64,000 nucleotides of DNA from Octopus bimaculoides (GCF_001194135.2 NC_068985.1:106663102-106727101); one strand, 5' to 3'; shown: positions 38,855-54,721, counted from the stretch's first letter. The notes: generated from the sequence alone by a model not told the origin. Numbers and translations: made by a program.

Positions 38855-40279
38855 CTCTATGTGGTTACTTGATAAACACCTATGTTAATGTAACAATATT
38901 GATCTAGAAGGAAAAACAATAAGATTATAATACTGTTACATGTGCCCAAATTTAACATCTAAGAATTTTTACTGATCATATACAAATTGTCTTTAGTGCA
39001 CAGCAAACAAGGAAAATATTTTATTGATGTTTGTGAAGTGCAGAGTTAGGTTTTATCATATAATGTGTTAACTATATTAAGGGTCAGTTTCACACAGAGG
39101 TTCCCAACCTTTTGAATACTGTGGACAGCATCTTCAATGTACTATTAATTTGAACAACAATAATCAAAAATTATTTAACAATGTTGCCACACTCTACTCA
39201 AATAGTTTTAAAGGTAATACAGAGATGACCCTTTCTATAACTGCTTTGCCCACAAAACTCAAGTTGCGGGGAACCTTGGTTTAGAAATCTAAGGATGTGA
39301 TGCTTCACACGTTCAAGGAAAAAAATCCCAACTAACAGCTGTGATAGTAAGCATTATGCAAGTGAAAATAAGGAAGTTGTTGTAGTTGTCATCACTGTTT
39401 GAAAGACTAGAGAGTAAAGTTAATCAGAACACAAGGGAAATGAGGAAACAATAAAAGAGAAAGTGCCAATAGTGGTAATGTGTATGAGCAGTGGGTGTTT
39501 TCTAGTTGCCCACCGGTGTATGTGTGGCCAGATACTCTTACCACAAAGCACCAATAGACACGAGATCGCTCTTCTTCCGTGGACTTCTAGGAAATAAAAC
39601 ATGTATAAAACCATAAAGCCATAAAACACGTATAAAGCCTTTGGTCAGTGTGGGAATATAGTAATCAGTTATAGAGAGTAGCTAAAAGTATGGCAGATAG
39701 ATGTAAAAAATAAATGAGTCAGTGTGTGGGTAAATACCAACATGACATTGACATTCTTTGATAAAAACTAAGTCTATAATACCAGCAAGTGCACAGACAC
39801 ATATATATATATATACACACATATATACACACACTGTCAACAGTGTACATGCAGGGTATGCTATTTCTAATACACTCTTTCTATAAATGTCATATTTTAT
39901 TTATACTATATATAAACTATAGTATCTACTATCATTTAAAACATTTGGTATCTAATTAAGAAAGAAACATATTCAAGTTCAGCTTACCTTTGTATGTTCA
40001 GCATCATGTTTCAATAGTCATTGTGTGTGTGTGTATGTGTGTGCACGTGTGCTTGCGTGTGCACACATGCATGTGTGAGTGTGTGGGTGCATGTGAATGT
40101 AATATATGTATATGTATTGCCAACCCTGACCTGTTTCCAAGTAAGATAATGTTTCTCATGAGCAGACAAATTTTCCATGGGTGAATGGAAACAGACAACA
40201 TCACTAATATGATGGCAATGTTTGCTTACAACCATCATGTGATGTCAAGACAAAGGTACACACATATATAGATACATGA

Positions 40280-40435
40280 CAAGTCTCTTTCAATCTCCAT
40301 CTACCAAATCCACTCACAAGGGGCTGTGGTTAACCCAGTGCTATAGTAGAAACTTAATCAAGAAGCCACATAGTGGGACTGCACCTGAGACTACACATGG
40401 TTGGGAAACAAGCTGCTCAATCATTCAGCCACACC
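40280..40435 (-). mobile_element. tRNA-derived SINE, family A
   Basis: ccatctaccaaatccactcacaagggg…gtgggactgcacctgagactacacatggttggg…cattcagccac. Confidence 0.7.
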
Positions 40436-40450
40436 TGCACAGTATAATAT

Positions 40451-40513
<63 letters not shown>

Positions 40514-41787
40514 GAGAGAGAGAGAGAGAGAGAGAGAGTAAAGTCTATTTGCCAATGTAAAGTGGAAGTCCTGATTAGGACAGTATTACTACCTCTTTTT
40601 AGCCCCATAGATATATCCCTATAAAAGGTTTAGATATCCTCACTGTGAAGAAATATCTCTTCGAAATAATAATATATTAAACCAGTGTATCTTAGATAAA
40701 ATATCCCTATAAGAGGTTTAAATATCCTCATTGTGGCTATATATATGTACACACATGCACATACACACAAATTTGTGTGTGTGCATACATATAAATAAAT
40801 AAGCATGGGTTAATCTATGCCAGCATGGAAAGAACATGTACAGGTATGAATGTAATGTGTGTGTGTGTGTGTCTGTTGAATCTTGCGTCAGTTTTGCTGA
40901 CGAATGTTTCACTTTTTTAGTCAAAAGCACTACAAACACTGAATTATACTCCAAATGGCTGAGTATTTCACACTCTTGTATTCATAATTTAATCCTCAAG
41001 CAGAATTAGCATGACATTGTCTGTGATAAGACTTACTCTTTGATTTACAGGTAACGTCTATGGAACTAGGTTTCCAGACAGTTACCATCTACCTAATTTT
41101 ATTTATAAGGCTTGAGTCAAACTGAGATTATTGTGGAAGGCATTTTCTCAATGGTATCTCTCACTGAGATTGAACCTAAAGCAAACTTCTTAATTCAGCT
41201 ATTCTGAAAACCTTTAGTGTAACATTTGAATAAGTTAAGAATGCTTTGTTCAATATGGTAAAAAGCCACAGTAACTTTGCCAAGATAAAGTAATCATACC
41301 ACAACAAGCCACAGACAATCATACAGAGGAGTGAACCAAGCAGAAAGGAGAATGATTTGAACTGACACAAGAAGTGATAGGCCAGCCAAAGTATTAGTTA
41401 AGGATAGTATTTAATTTTAATGTTAGGTTGAGATCAGCATTAAAAAAAATCTAGAAGAAAAGTTAATCTATTAACCTATTAGAGCTAAATTTCTGGGCTA
41501 TTTGCTTATAAATCTTACAATTCAATAGATTTTTATGCTTGATACCTTTCATATGCTAACTAATATTACAAGATACCTATATGTAAAAGCATATAGAGTA
41601 CAACAGAGACATCAAATCCATTACTTGGGTGAGAGATGGAACAAATAGCATTATTTAAACACTCAAAAATACTATGCATTTAGAAGTAAATATTATTTAT
41701 AAATCCATAATACTGGGTGTGTTTGATTAAAGATGTACAATGTGAAGCATAGACAATCATTATTGGAATCAACCAAAAGCTTTAGAA

Positions 41788-42021
41788 AAGTGTTTCTCAA
41801 ACATTTTTTTACCAATAGACCCTTTTGATTCCTATTTTACTTGGATGGACTCTCATAGCCATTTGATGTTTAAAAAAATATATATTTTTATAATTAAATA
41901 TTAATAGGAATTGTTTAAAAAAAATTGTAAAAATATTTTGTGAATTGTAGAAGTATAACAAATTTATTGCAGATAAATTTTAACAACAAAATCGTATATG
42001 GACCACAGTTGAGAACCACTG
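41788..42021. mobile_element. hAT-type MITE, copy 2
   Basis: Ends aagtgtttctcaaac / gttgagaaccactg. 8-bp flanks ctttagaa / atttagaa. Interior aligns with 38600-38854. Confidence 0.85.
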
Positions 42022-43409
42022 ATTTAGAATAACGAGAGGATGCTACATCATGGCCAGAACTATATTAGTTTAGAGTCAGAAAAATCTTAACCCCCCATCC
42101 CCACATATTACATCGTGTAATATTTATCAAAATATGTATGGTACCTGTGTATGTACAGCTATGTTACATGTCTATGAAATGTGGGCTTTGACTACAGAGG
42201 ACTTATGAAGGGTTGTAAGAAATGAAGTTAGCATGCTCCACTGGATGAGTAATATCAGTGTACAAGTATGACAGAGTGTAAATTATTTAAGAGGAAACCT
42301 GAGTATAAGAGGCATCAGATGTGTGCAAGAGAGAAGGCTGCACTGGTTTGGTCATGTGATGCATATGGATGAGGACAGCTGTATAAAGAAGTGCTGAGCT
42401 CTAACTGGAGGGAACCTGTGGAAGTGCTAGACTCAGGAAGACATGGGAAAAAGTGGTGAGAAAGGGTCTTCAGACACTGGGCCTCACTGAAACCTCTGAC
42501 AGATGTCACAACTTATTTGTCTTTTGTGGAGGCAGAAATCATTTGTTGCAAAAGTGGCAGTTCTGTTCTTACTATCTTTAAATCTAACCTCCTATATTAT
42601 GTCCAATAAAAATTATCACCTGTGCAACAAGGCTTTATTTCTCATTTTTAATGGGCTAAAAGTTGTTCAGATTGATGGCTTTTCCAGTGCTTAAGCTGCA
42701 CTTGAAACTATGGATCTCATCCATTCAGCCACAGAACCCACTATACATTTGTATAGCAACTGTTCACAGTGGATAATAAAATGGCAGAACCAGTGGAGCA
42801 CTAGACAACATGCATTCAACAACATTTCTGTATATTTTGAGTTCAATTGTTTGTACTGGTCAAACAGTATTGAACTCCTGTATATGTACTTCCTGCACAC
42901 CCAGAAAACCACTTTTCTGGAGCTAAGATAATTTTCTGTCTCTTCTTACTAACAAAGTTTAAGCTAGGCTCACTTTCATACCTCCTACTCAAGCTCTAAA
43001 AATATAGTAATGAGAAGCAGCTCATTAGGACAGAAAAGTTCACATGTGCATCCCAGCATAAAATCCTTTATGATGGTTACAAGGCCTAGAGTGAAGAGAA
43101 TATGGCTGAAAAGATGAAATTCAGTAAACAGGACATTATGATATGATGAAGTAATAGTGGTAGAGATGATGGATTGCGAAGAGCTGCAAATTGTAATTTT
43201 TTTTATTTCTAAAGAATTATACAGATGATGAACACAATATACTAAAGGCACATTAAACATAAAAACTTAATACTTTGTATAAGTGATGAAAATTTGGGTT
43301 AATTGCTACATCAGAGAACATTGACTGATATTAAAAACTAAATGAAATTTAACTTAGTAAGTGCAAGGTAACCAATACTGAAACAATAATTGTTAAAAAT
43401 GTGAATGTG

Positions 43410-43454
<45 letters not shown>

Positions 43455-44249
43455 TATGAATATATTTTATTTATTGTGAAATGGGGAAGTTGTCATGTGT
43501 TTATGAGTGTATGTGTGCAATGATTTAAAGATATTAAATACAATGCTCACAACTCTTAAGTCAAGAAAACAGGAATGGCAGAAGATTTGAATTACTGAAT
43601 AAAATTTTTGGAAGAAAATACACATCAGTTTATTCTGTGATTTGCTTGACTTTCTGATGGATTCATGTGAGATAGCTTTACTATAACTAGAACTGCTATG
43701 ACTGTTGTTGCTACTACTGTAGCTAACACTGTTGTTGTGATTGATACTCAATGGTAAGCAGTTTCTAAGTAATATAGAACAAAATATATTATCAAGGGAG
43801 TCAGTCTGCTTAGTTTCTGTGTTGTCAATAGATAGCATATCCAGTAAATCAACAAGTACAAAGAAATATAGATGGACTGAAACAAATCCTTGCAGCTAAC
43901 TGCAAGCACAAAATTAAGGACAAATTTTTTACAGTCAAAATTATTTGGTATTATTTAATCTGATTTGCAAACCCAAGCAAAGTATAATGCTGGTATTGCA
44001 CTTTGCAAAATTTTTGAAGTAGAAGTACAATGAAGGAAGATAAGAAATTTTTAATTAACAATTTTTACAAACGTTTGCAAATACATTACATCATATAATA
44101 CCTTTCTGACTGCATTAATAAACCTTTCTATTGTAGATTTTGCCTGTCACTTATGGGTAAATCACAAACAACAAGCATCAGAATCCATCATGACTTGTGA
44201 CTTTTAAGCCAAGATACTTATATTTAAGCAATATCTGTCACTTGAATGT

Positions 44250-46500
44250 TGTGAACAAGGAACACAGTGTCTTTATTACAATTTTACAACATAACAATAA
44301 GTCAAAGATTACTTGAAAGTAGTGAACTCAAGTTAGATGGTGCAATACAAGAAGCACTAATAGTAGTAATTGCACAGCCTCAGATAAATGTTAATCACTA
44401 TAATTCATATTCAATAACATATTCTGCTAATGCAGTATCAGAGCCTTTACAACACAATCAAAATAATTCTAATGATTATCTTTCTCTGGCTGCAACTAGA
44501 AAGGATTATAAATACTTTTTCCATGGTAGTAGTATTCATAAAAGACAGGATTGTCTCACCAAAAATCCCATGTTGATCAGGTGGAAAAATGGAAAAATGT
44601 TGATCTAATAATAATGTTATCAAGTGCTATTTTTACATTTATCTTTGTTTCAGATTCTGCTCAAAAATTGCTACAGCTATAATAAATAACGAAGATGTTG
44701 ACACTAATTGATTCAGGAAGTACAGAAAATTTTATTGGCATTGCTTTGCCATTAATATGAAATTGCCTATTAAATTTACTTCGATAATTACAATGGCTTC
44801 TTTAACACAAAGAAATGTAATTAGGTCTTATTATTTGTAATGACAATATTTACAATAATGTCAAATTTTCAACAATGGATAATCTTTCCGTACCTTTATT
44901 GTTGGAACAAAGTTTTATGTCTCTCTATGTCTCTCCACAAAAGTGTGGAGATTAAACACAATAGTACTCCAACTAAACTTTCAATATATTACCTAACTAC
45001 TGTTCTTTGAGACCCATCTCAAATTTTTAAGGATTTTGATTTTAAAAAATCAGAAAGCTATAACTATACCTGGTTCCTTTTTTTTTTGTACAATTTTTTT
45101 GGAGGGGGGGATTACTCAGTTACTTGTTAAGAGAGATATCATAGGACAGTGTTTCTCCATGAGATACCCAGGTTTTAGTTAAGAAAAATTGCAAAAAATA
45201 AAAACATAAGATTATTCACAAACTGTTAACCAGCCCACTTTTCCTGATGCATATCCCTTTCTTTTAATTTTAACTCTGGTAAAGAACATCTCAAAATATA
45301 ATAACAAACTGGACTTTAAAATAATCTAATTAATAAGTACCACTGCATGTTGATGACTGATCATATATGAAATTTGAAAATACAACAAATTCATATCAGT
45401 TTTGCTCTTTCAGTTGAAGAATGCTGTAGCAACTTTTCAAAGAATAACTGATACCATAATTACTTTTATCATCTGAATGCAACATTTGCTATCATTGACA
45501 ATGCTATTGTAAGTAGAGTGAGTATAGAAGTATGTAACCAAAATATGGACAAATTTAATGAGGCTACCAAAAATTATAAATAAATGTATACATAGTATAA
45601 GGATATATGAATATACTTATCTATTTTCTCGGATAAAAAAAGAGAAAATAAATTATTATTTTAGAACTTTACAACCAGATCTAGAAATATTAGAAGCATT
45701 AATTTCCTCAAATAATAAAAAAAAATCATTCCAAAGATTACTGAGAATGTTCCCATGCTGTTTCAGGTGAATTCCACATTAATTAGATGAAGTAAAGCCA
45801 ACTTTACTTCATTTAAATAATGTTGGAATTGTTAGAGCATTGTGGTATGTGTTTCAGCTCTTTATGTTTTGAGTACCCAGGCATGCATAGAGAACTTGTC
45901 TGCATCTAGTCAATGAAATAGTGTCTTGAAAAAATAACTAAAGGAAAACAACAAGAAACCACTTTTGTATTCTTCCACAAAAATTCCACAGAAAGCACAT
46001 AGCCACTGTCAAAGAAGTCATTGACTTGATGGCACAAAGAAGAAGAAAGCCACTTTTCACCAATTTCATGTTATCTTTTAGTATAATCATAAAATTGTGA
46101 TCTTTACTTGTCGTGAATTCTGTATTATCAAAGCTACATTTGGAACAGCTGATGAATCTAAAATATTTGCACTTCAAACTAATGCCTCTGAAGTGGCCAT
46201 ATTTGGTGTATTGCTGCAAAATAATCAATCTTTAACATATTTTTCAAGGACACAAAGTACATTGATTGAATGAAAAGCCTTACTGAGAGTGACATAAAGT
46301 GGAGATATTGATTAATTGCAAAACCTTTCCAACTATTAACAGATCAAGAAAGTATTGTTTTTATTTTCAGCTACAAATATTTATCAAAGATTAAAATAAT
46401 AAACTGATACATTGGTGATTGGAATTCTGTAAATCATTCTGAAAAAGAAAACACCATTGCTGATGCTTTCTCCAGAATATGCCATACTTCTTCAAATTTT
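44250..46500 (+). mobile_element. Highly decayed Ty3/Gypsy-type gag-pol relic
   Basis: Protease motif TLIDSGSTENFI at 44701, RNase H motif LQTNASEVAIFGVLLQ near 46170 and EKENTIADAFSR at 46441, in the canonical PR-RT-RH order. No LTRs identified. Confidence 0.75.
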
Positions 46501-49500
46501 CTCTCTCTCAAATTCATCTTTGCCATTGTGGCATTCATTAGCTTTTATCACTATAGGAAATTCAAAATTTTATTTTTTAGTATAGATGATGTATGCCTCT
46601 TGTAAAGATTGTCTTAACAAAATCTGTCAAGTCAATATGCATTCAGTGGTGCCCAACAACTAAATATTTACAGTCTAACCAAATGTTTAGGTATGTGAGG
46701 ATACATAAGTATATGTGTATGAAGGTACATACAATTGTATATGACTTGAATTGATCTAGTTTCAGCTCATGAGCTGTGGCCATGCTGGGGGCACCACCAT
46801 TTGTATTAAATGCAATTGTTTATAGGCTTCATGCAACTAAAGGAATCATGTATAAAAAAATAAGCACATGACCTAACATTATTAAGCAGCGTATACCAAA
46901 TTTTAACTTTCTTATTTTTCATTCAGATATATTGACAAAATCAACATGGTAGATTCCAATCTGACTAGAAATAAAAAGGGCACATTGTGCTTGTGGTTTT
47001 AGCCACCAACCACAGCAACTTGAAGATGGCCAGCTTCTTTAACACAACCAAGTTTATTGTATTGAAGGTCAGCCTCTAGTAGAAACATGTCATCTGTGGC
47101 CAAGGAAAAGAAACATCTCAGTGGTAAGATGCTAGGTTTAATGGAGAATGAGAAAATACTGTAAATTGCAGGGACTTTGCACCTCTCCCTATGAAAACTT
47201 ATAAATAGCAGGAATTGAGAAATTACAAGAAAACTTAATGAAATATGAAGTTCATAATAGTTCTTTTAATGAATGTATACATCATTATTTCAAATGATTT
47301 TGAGCCACAATTGCACATTAGAATTTCAATATAATCCGATAACATTTTATATCAAAGCCAGTGTATTGTATATCCTCCTCAATAATTGGAACTCTAAGCT
47401 GTGAAGAATGCTGTGAAATGTAAAATTTTGCTATGTGCATATGTGTAGAATGTTTTAAATGTAATATCAGCCATGGTGCACATGTGTTGGCTCAGGTTCA
47501 TCAAATAAAGAAAAACAACAAGAATGACAGCAGAATTGAATCACTGAATAAAACTTTTGGAAGTAATTCTTCTCTACACAACATTATTACTCTATCTCTT
47601 AGTAAAAATGTAGACTGAAATAATTGTCTAGGACTTACACAAGATCTTACATAACAAACTTCTATTTTCAGAAGCATTATCACGCCAAAAAAGTAAGAAA
47701 ATAATTATTTCCAAGAAAGATATTACATTCTATTCCTGACATGAAGAACTAATCTGACTGGACTACATGAGACATTGTAACAAAAATAGAAATATTTGAT
47801 ACTTGACATGTAGATTCAAGCTTGCTTCTATTGTGCTAATTATAGTCATTGAAGAGTTGATTTACTCATCAATTTTAAGTTCTGGAGAAAAGAAAACACT
47901 GCTTTATCTCTTACATATTCACAACTTGCAGACTTCCCTCCAGCTCTGCACTTTCTAACTTTCCAGCTGTACTTCACATCCACTAGAATCTACTTTCTAA
48001 TTCTTGTTACATAGTTTTTTGTGTAAAAGACTTTGAAGCTCCTTCCTAGTGTATGAATCCCCACTACACACCCCTTTACTAACAAGATTTACTTGGGTGC
48101 ATTAATAAATGTTTGGTGACTTTTTTAATATTTAAATATAAAACAATTTTCAAAAAATTTAATACAATTAACATTTAATAATTTTCTAAGGAATTATTCC
48201 TCAGTTTTAGTACAGCAAACATTAGATTTCATCAAAATTTTCAAAAACTAAGTGAAAGACTTTGCTTTTTACAATCCTTTTAGAATTATACTATGATTCA
48301 ACTACTACCTTAAATCTTCAAATTACAACTCAAACTGCATGTCCCACTTACTCCAACTTTTATGCAGTGGTTCCCAGCAACTAAATATTTATAGTCTAAT
48401 CAGATGTTTAGGTATGTGAGAAAATATATGCATACATGTGAGAAAGTACATATAGATGTGTATATAGTATAGACGATACATAAAATGCATTAACTCCACA
48501 TTAACCATGCCACGCTGTCTTGGTCTTTACCTCTTTCAGATCTTACAGAGAACCTTGTGCAATAGACTTTTTGGATACAATGACCTTGTGGTTAAAATTA
48601 AGACACTGGACTGTTAACCTGATGGATATCAGATCAGTCTTTACTACAGTTACTATGACCTTGAGAGACATTAATATGCAGACTTCCAATATAAACCATA
48701 TAATTTCAACAGACTATTTGTGATTAACCAATGAAGAGCAGTAATTAAGGTATATGAGTGTGATGGCACAAACAGCCCTCTTAACTAAGATAATATAATG
48801 ATTCAGGGAGAAATCTTTAATATTGAATGGTAAACTTAATCTGTTCCCCAATTTTGCACAACATATCTGACCTTTGGGTGCCTTTAGTGGAGTATTTTCT
48901 GTTGCATACATTCAGAGGATAGCATGAACATTTCGATGAATTGTTTCCTATTGCAATATACTATGGAAAGTTTCTTATTTTCTTCCCTTCACCTCCTCTA
49001 GTTTTGGAGGACTTATAAAGAGCATGAGAACTGCATCCCTTAGTGATTAAACCATAAATAAAGGCTCTACTTGAAACATTAGCACCTTCGTTTCTGCATT
49101 TAATTTTGGTCAGATATAAGATAAAAACTGACTTATTTCTTATTATTAACAAATTTAAATATTACATTTCAGTATTTCACTGGTTGTTATGGTTCCCTAA
49201 TGAGTTTAAAGTCAACAATTCAGTGGTTCTATAAAAGATTAAGTGACTTCATTTATGCCAAAAAAAAAAAAAGGATCATCTAATGTAAGAGCAGCAATTC
49301 ATGTGTTTGTGCTAGTAGTCTATAGTCTTGGAACTACTAGGTCAAACCATATCAGAGCAGCCTACAGAGAGTAGCACTGGGCAAGTTATTCTAAAAAACA
49401 AAAGACTTTGAAACAATCTGTTTTCCATGCTGGCTTTGAGAAAGGTGCCGATTCATAAAAACCTTACTGCTCTAAAAGTTATACACATGATAATAATATA

Positions 49501-51455
49501 TGTGTCTATGAGAAAATGTTGAAACCAACAGGAAAGAAAAATAAGAAATGAAAAAGAAAATATTACGAGAACAAAAATATATGGTTGTACACATACACCC
49601 TTAAATGTGAATCGTAGTTAATTCTTTAGAACACAATCAATCCTTCACTTCCATCTTGGTGCACATATCAAATTGTAGATTATGTAATGCATTACATTGC
49701 ACTGTGTTGCAACAGATACTCATCTTTCTTCCTTTCCAGACAGATAACACATATATAGCATGTTACTTAATGAAGTGGAGGTATTAAAAATTGAGAAAAA
49801 CCTTGGAACATTCCAGAAGGAAATATAGATAATTTTCAAGAGTTCAGCTTGCAGCTTCACATCAGCAAACTAAGAGCACTAGCTATCTGTTTAGCTCAAT
49901 ACTTATCTATATAAAAACATATTTTAAAATTAGTATAATCTATAGAAATCAATAAACCATTTCTAATCAGTAAAATGTTATAGAAATTTACCAAATGCAA
50001 ACTTAACATTGTATTTGTAAGATTTCTACATAAAACCAAAACTTTTGTTATCAGAGATAATTCGTAAAGAAAAGAAAACTAGAAGACAAATCTCTAAACA
50101 AAAAAGAAAAAATGAATACTATCATTGAAAGTAGTGTAGTTTTGATATTTATGAATATTTAGTTAGTTTTTCAGCTTGTCCGTAATTGTGATGGTCTAAG
50201 ACATTTAAAAAATTTGATATAAATGAAATAACATATATGTAAGACCAATCTGTGAGACACAGTTGATGGCAGGTTAAGGCTTTGAAAGTGCAGTGAGGTT
50301 TGAATTCATACTTAAATCTAACTTTGTTAAAAGCATCAAGCTGTAGGGTTTTCAAACATGCATCATCAATCTGTATCTTCACATGTGATCTAATTAAAAT
50401 TTAATAGATAAGTAATAGAACATTTTTTAAAAACCCACTAAATCAGCACTTATATCAACTATAGGCATTTTTCTTCTTTGTCTTATTATTATTATCATTT
50501 TTTTTTTTTAATATAGATACAAGGCTAGAAATCTTGGGTAAAGAATAGTCAACTGACCCAAAATTGATAGAGTGCCAGTGATTCTGTCAGAGATGTTTGC
50601 AAGAGTCAGATGGAGTTTGATGAAACAGATTTTCTATAGCATTATGCCCTTCCTGTTACCAACCCTCATCTTTTTCGAAGCATGGTAGTATTTACCAGAT
50701 GTGTTTTTCCATGGAAGACTGGAAATGAACAACATTGCTAGTAGGACAATGATGCTCATTTTCAACCATTTTGTGATGTCAGGACAAGGATACACACACA
50801 TACAGATATGCAAACACAAACCCATGTTATGGACTGATGCACTACAAGCAGATTCACCTTTTCTAACCTAAAGGGTTTTCAACCCAAGATTATAGCTTTA
50901 TCTATGCTATGAGATCCACTGTTCTGATATGGAATTGATATTAATAATAATATAAGATTATAGGTCTAAATACATTAGCCATTTCATGACACATTTATCC
51001 CAGTTAGCTTAATTAGTAAAATGCATTAATCTCAAGTAACAACAACTGCAATAATATTGTTGGTGATGCTCCAGAATGATCAATGGAATAATTAAAAAAA
51101 ATAACTATCGCAGTTATCAACTTTAGATTTACATAATATGATAAATTGGAAGTTAAGTGAAGTAAACAATTTAGGTGAAACAGAAAACTAAATGCATTTT
51201 AAATCCACCTAAAATTACAAATAAAAGATATACATAATACATGCATGCATGAAGGAAAGGTTTCGATACAAAGAAAAAAAAATCAATTACAAACTAATCA
51301 TAGCTGATATACAAAATTATAGGTAGACTGAATTATATAATAAAATCTCATACACAGTAAATTAGACATAACACCTCAACACTTCACCGACAAACATAAT
51401 GCACACACCTCAGAAACAGAAGTAGTGCAATGGAAATTTTGAAATAATAATAATA

Positions 51456-51490
<35 letters not shown>

Positions 51491-51499
51491 AATAATAAT

Positions 51500-52070
51500 A
51501 AATGCTCTAATGCAGTACCAGGCAGTGGCTTTCATGGCTTCTCATCTTAACTGATTGGAAGTGTTATCATGTACACTGTTTTGTCTTGGTATAAAAGATA
51601 GGCTACAGCAAATATTATGCTCAATTCCCCAGATTTGCTTGTCAGTTGTTTGACCTTAACCAGTTGAACATGTCCCTTAGTGGCTGATGATATGTGCATC
51701 TCTGATCATGAACAGAAGTAGTGGGGGTGCATCATAGCCATATGTTGAGAAGAATTCTTTGGGGGTTTGGATAATTCACCTTTAGAAACATGGGTGTTTC
51801 GTTCAACATCCTTAAACAACCCTTACTCAGGGGCTTTTTGAGTAGGATGGGCTACTCGACCTGAAGAAAATTCTAACTGGGCCTCAACTGCAAGGTCATG
51901 CGCTGTTAATCTTGATATGAGATCACCATGTTGCACACATATGGTTGTGATGCATGTGTCTAGTGTACCCTTATCAGATGGGTAGTCATGATGGGTATAC
52001 TAGGCTTTGAATATTTTACCCCAGTGTCACTTTGATGGCATGTACTGCTCTCTCACTCAATAATAATGAT
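51500..52070. repeat. Probable interspersed repeat bounded by (AAT)/(GAT) tracts, unclassified
   Basis: GC-richer block between trinucleotide tracts. It resembles an octopus repeat I recall, but there is no second copy in this window. Confidence 0.4.
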
Positions 52071-53135
52071 AATAATAATTTCTAGGTATTTAGAAGAAAC
52101 CATTGATCCCAGTACATGACTAGTATTTTATTTTATTGACCATGCAAGGATTTGAACTTGGAACATAAATAGCTGGAACAAATATCACATAGCATTTTTC
52201 CTAATACTCAAACAATTCTGTTAACCCAACACCCGTGAAATAGTAACAATAAGGGTTATTAAAATGCTGATTTCTAACTTGGGCTCAAGTTTGTAAATAT
52301 TGTGGGTTTGGATAGACAAGTAAGTTGATCTCAATACTTGATTGGTACTGAAACTCTGGAATTGATGGTGAAGAGAGGCAATTATGATGGAATTTAAAAT
52401 CTGAATATAGAGGTTTGGCAGTAAATATATCAAGACCTGTTGTTAAAACACTCTAATTTTTTACATACAACTGCCTTGTTTTTACTAGACACAGCATGAT
52501 ATTTAATCAATATTCTACCATCCTTGCCATTCCATTGCCATTATAATAATACAAAGAAAAGTAACACCACAAACAACAGTAAAATGAGCTGTCAGACATT
52601 TAAATACTCTTAAAATATGAGATTTTCATAACTTTGAATACTGATAACATTTCTAGAAAACGGTCATGATATAATAGACCCTGTAAGGCTCTAATATGGA
52701 AAGCCTCCAATGAAAACTCCCAAAAGGGTTGGCTATAAGTGAAGAGCCCACACTTCATGAAATGGGTCTATTTCAGAGAGATTTGGAAAGAACTGTTGAT
52801 ATCTGTAGAATATTACATAAACCAAAACAGAATGCATCTCCAGGCATCTGTTGCAGATAGGCCTATTGAAGTGTATATATAAAAATTTACAAAAGCAACA
52901 GCAACATTAAAAGGTAGTAATCCAGTAAAGCAATGAAACAGAAAATTACAACAAACTAAATAAATGAATGAGTGAATGAAAGAGTAAAATTTACATGAAA
53001 TTTCATAAGTTTTCTCTTAGGGAAAAAGACCTCAAATTTCAACCAAAGATCAGTAACTTTCTTTCAAGTTAAAACATTTAAGTTCTCTAAATCTGACTAA
53101 AAACAGAAAATTTTACTTTTGAAGAAAGAATGTTA

Positions 53136-53264
<129 letters not shown>

Positions 53265-53609
53265 TTAGGCTGAATGAAATATTTTTTAGAACAGGGATAT
53301 ATGATAAGTTTTCAGAATTTCTATTTTAGTTTTTATTGGTACTGATGAGTAGGACAGAAACATGTAGTAGTCTTTTCAGCTTCATTTATATGCGGAACAA
53401 CTAGTGAGGTAGGATGGTCAATTAAAGTGACTGAATTTGAACTCCTGTAAATGTTTGCTGGAGAAGAATAAATATAGAATTCTAGAAAGATGTAGTTGTG
53501 AGAAGGAAAAATTGTGAATAAAGGTTTAAAAGGGAGGGTGAGGTAGAGAAGGAGAAAGAAATAGGGGGAAGTAGGTTTTAAGAGCACTAATGCTTGAATG
53601 AACATTTGC

Positions 53610-53700
<91 letters not shown>

Positions 53701-54064
53701 CGTGTACATCCACACATTATTGTTATCACAGAATTTACAATTGGTTAGTCATGCCGGGACAGATTAGCTAGAGTTCCATACATCTTTAAACTAGCAGTTA
53801 TATTTCATGGTAGTTTGGTTGTATGTTTTTTCAAATAAAATGTGAATGTTCTTGTCACTGTTTAGTTGAAGTGTGACTTGGTGTACTTAAGCAAATGTTT
53901 TCTAAAATCTTTCAGGAGTAAGATTGCAAAATCTTAGTAGACATGCATCTTTTTATGTTTCTAAAAATATTTTCTCACAAGGGTTAGAGTTACTCAGGAT
54001 GAAAATCTTTAGAAATATGAAAGCGAAGTTGATAAAAGAAGATAGAACATAAATAACATTACTA

Positions 54065-54196
<132 letters not shown>

Positions 54197-54531
54197 TTAT
54201 GGTTATGGAATGAGTTTAAACATAGAAACAAAATAAGTTACAAGTACTGAATAAGGTACAGTAATTGAGAACTAAGATCAAACCTTACTAGTTATGCATA
54301 CAGTTAGATATAAATTCTGCTTTAATCTGCCTAAATGACTACTGACATCACTTTATTCTTTTCTACATCATAGACAATAGTATCCAGCTGTAAAAAACAC
54401 TTTCTCAAACAATATGAACAAATGTTCCAAATTGCTCCTATCTCTAAATAATGATTATATATATATATATATATATAGAAATATTACATTTCTAAATCTC
54501 TCAGAGAGATTTATACAATAGCAGCACAATA

Positions 54532-54715
54532 AAGTGATGGTATGTTGTCAACTTAATGTGACAGTCCCATGAAAAGGAAGAATGCTACTGCTATTTAACA
54601 CTAGGAAACACCGTTTCCTGTTGGCCACTTTATCAGTGTTTCCTAGGGCTAAATAGCAGTGGCATTCTTCCCTTTCATGGGACTGTCACATTAAGTTGAC
54701 AATATACCATCACTT
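54532..54715. mobile_element. Fold-back MITE with about 80-bp TIRs flanked by TA
   Basis: aagtgatggtatgttgtcaacttaatgtgacagtcccatgaaaaggaagaatgctactgctattta...ctaggaaacac is mirrored by gtgtttcctag...taaatagcagtggcattcttccctttcatgggactgtcacattaagttgacaatataccatcactt. Confidence 0.9.
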
Positions 54716-54721
54716 TATATA

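Noticed and set aside
53335-53375. ctgatga…gaaac hammerhead-like word pair
   Set aside because: No stem II closing pair and no stem I or III complementarity.
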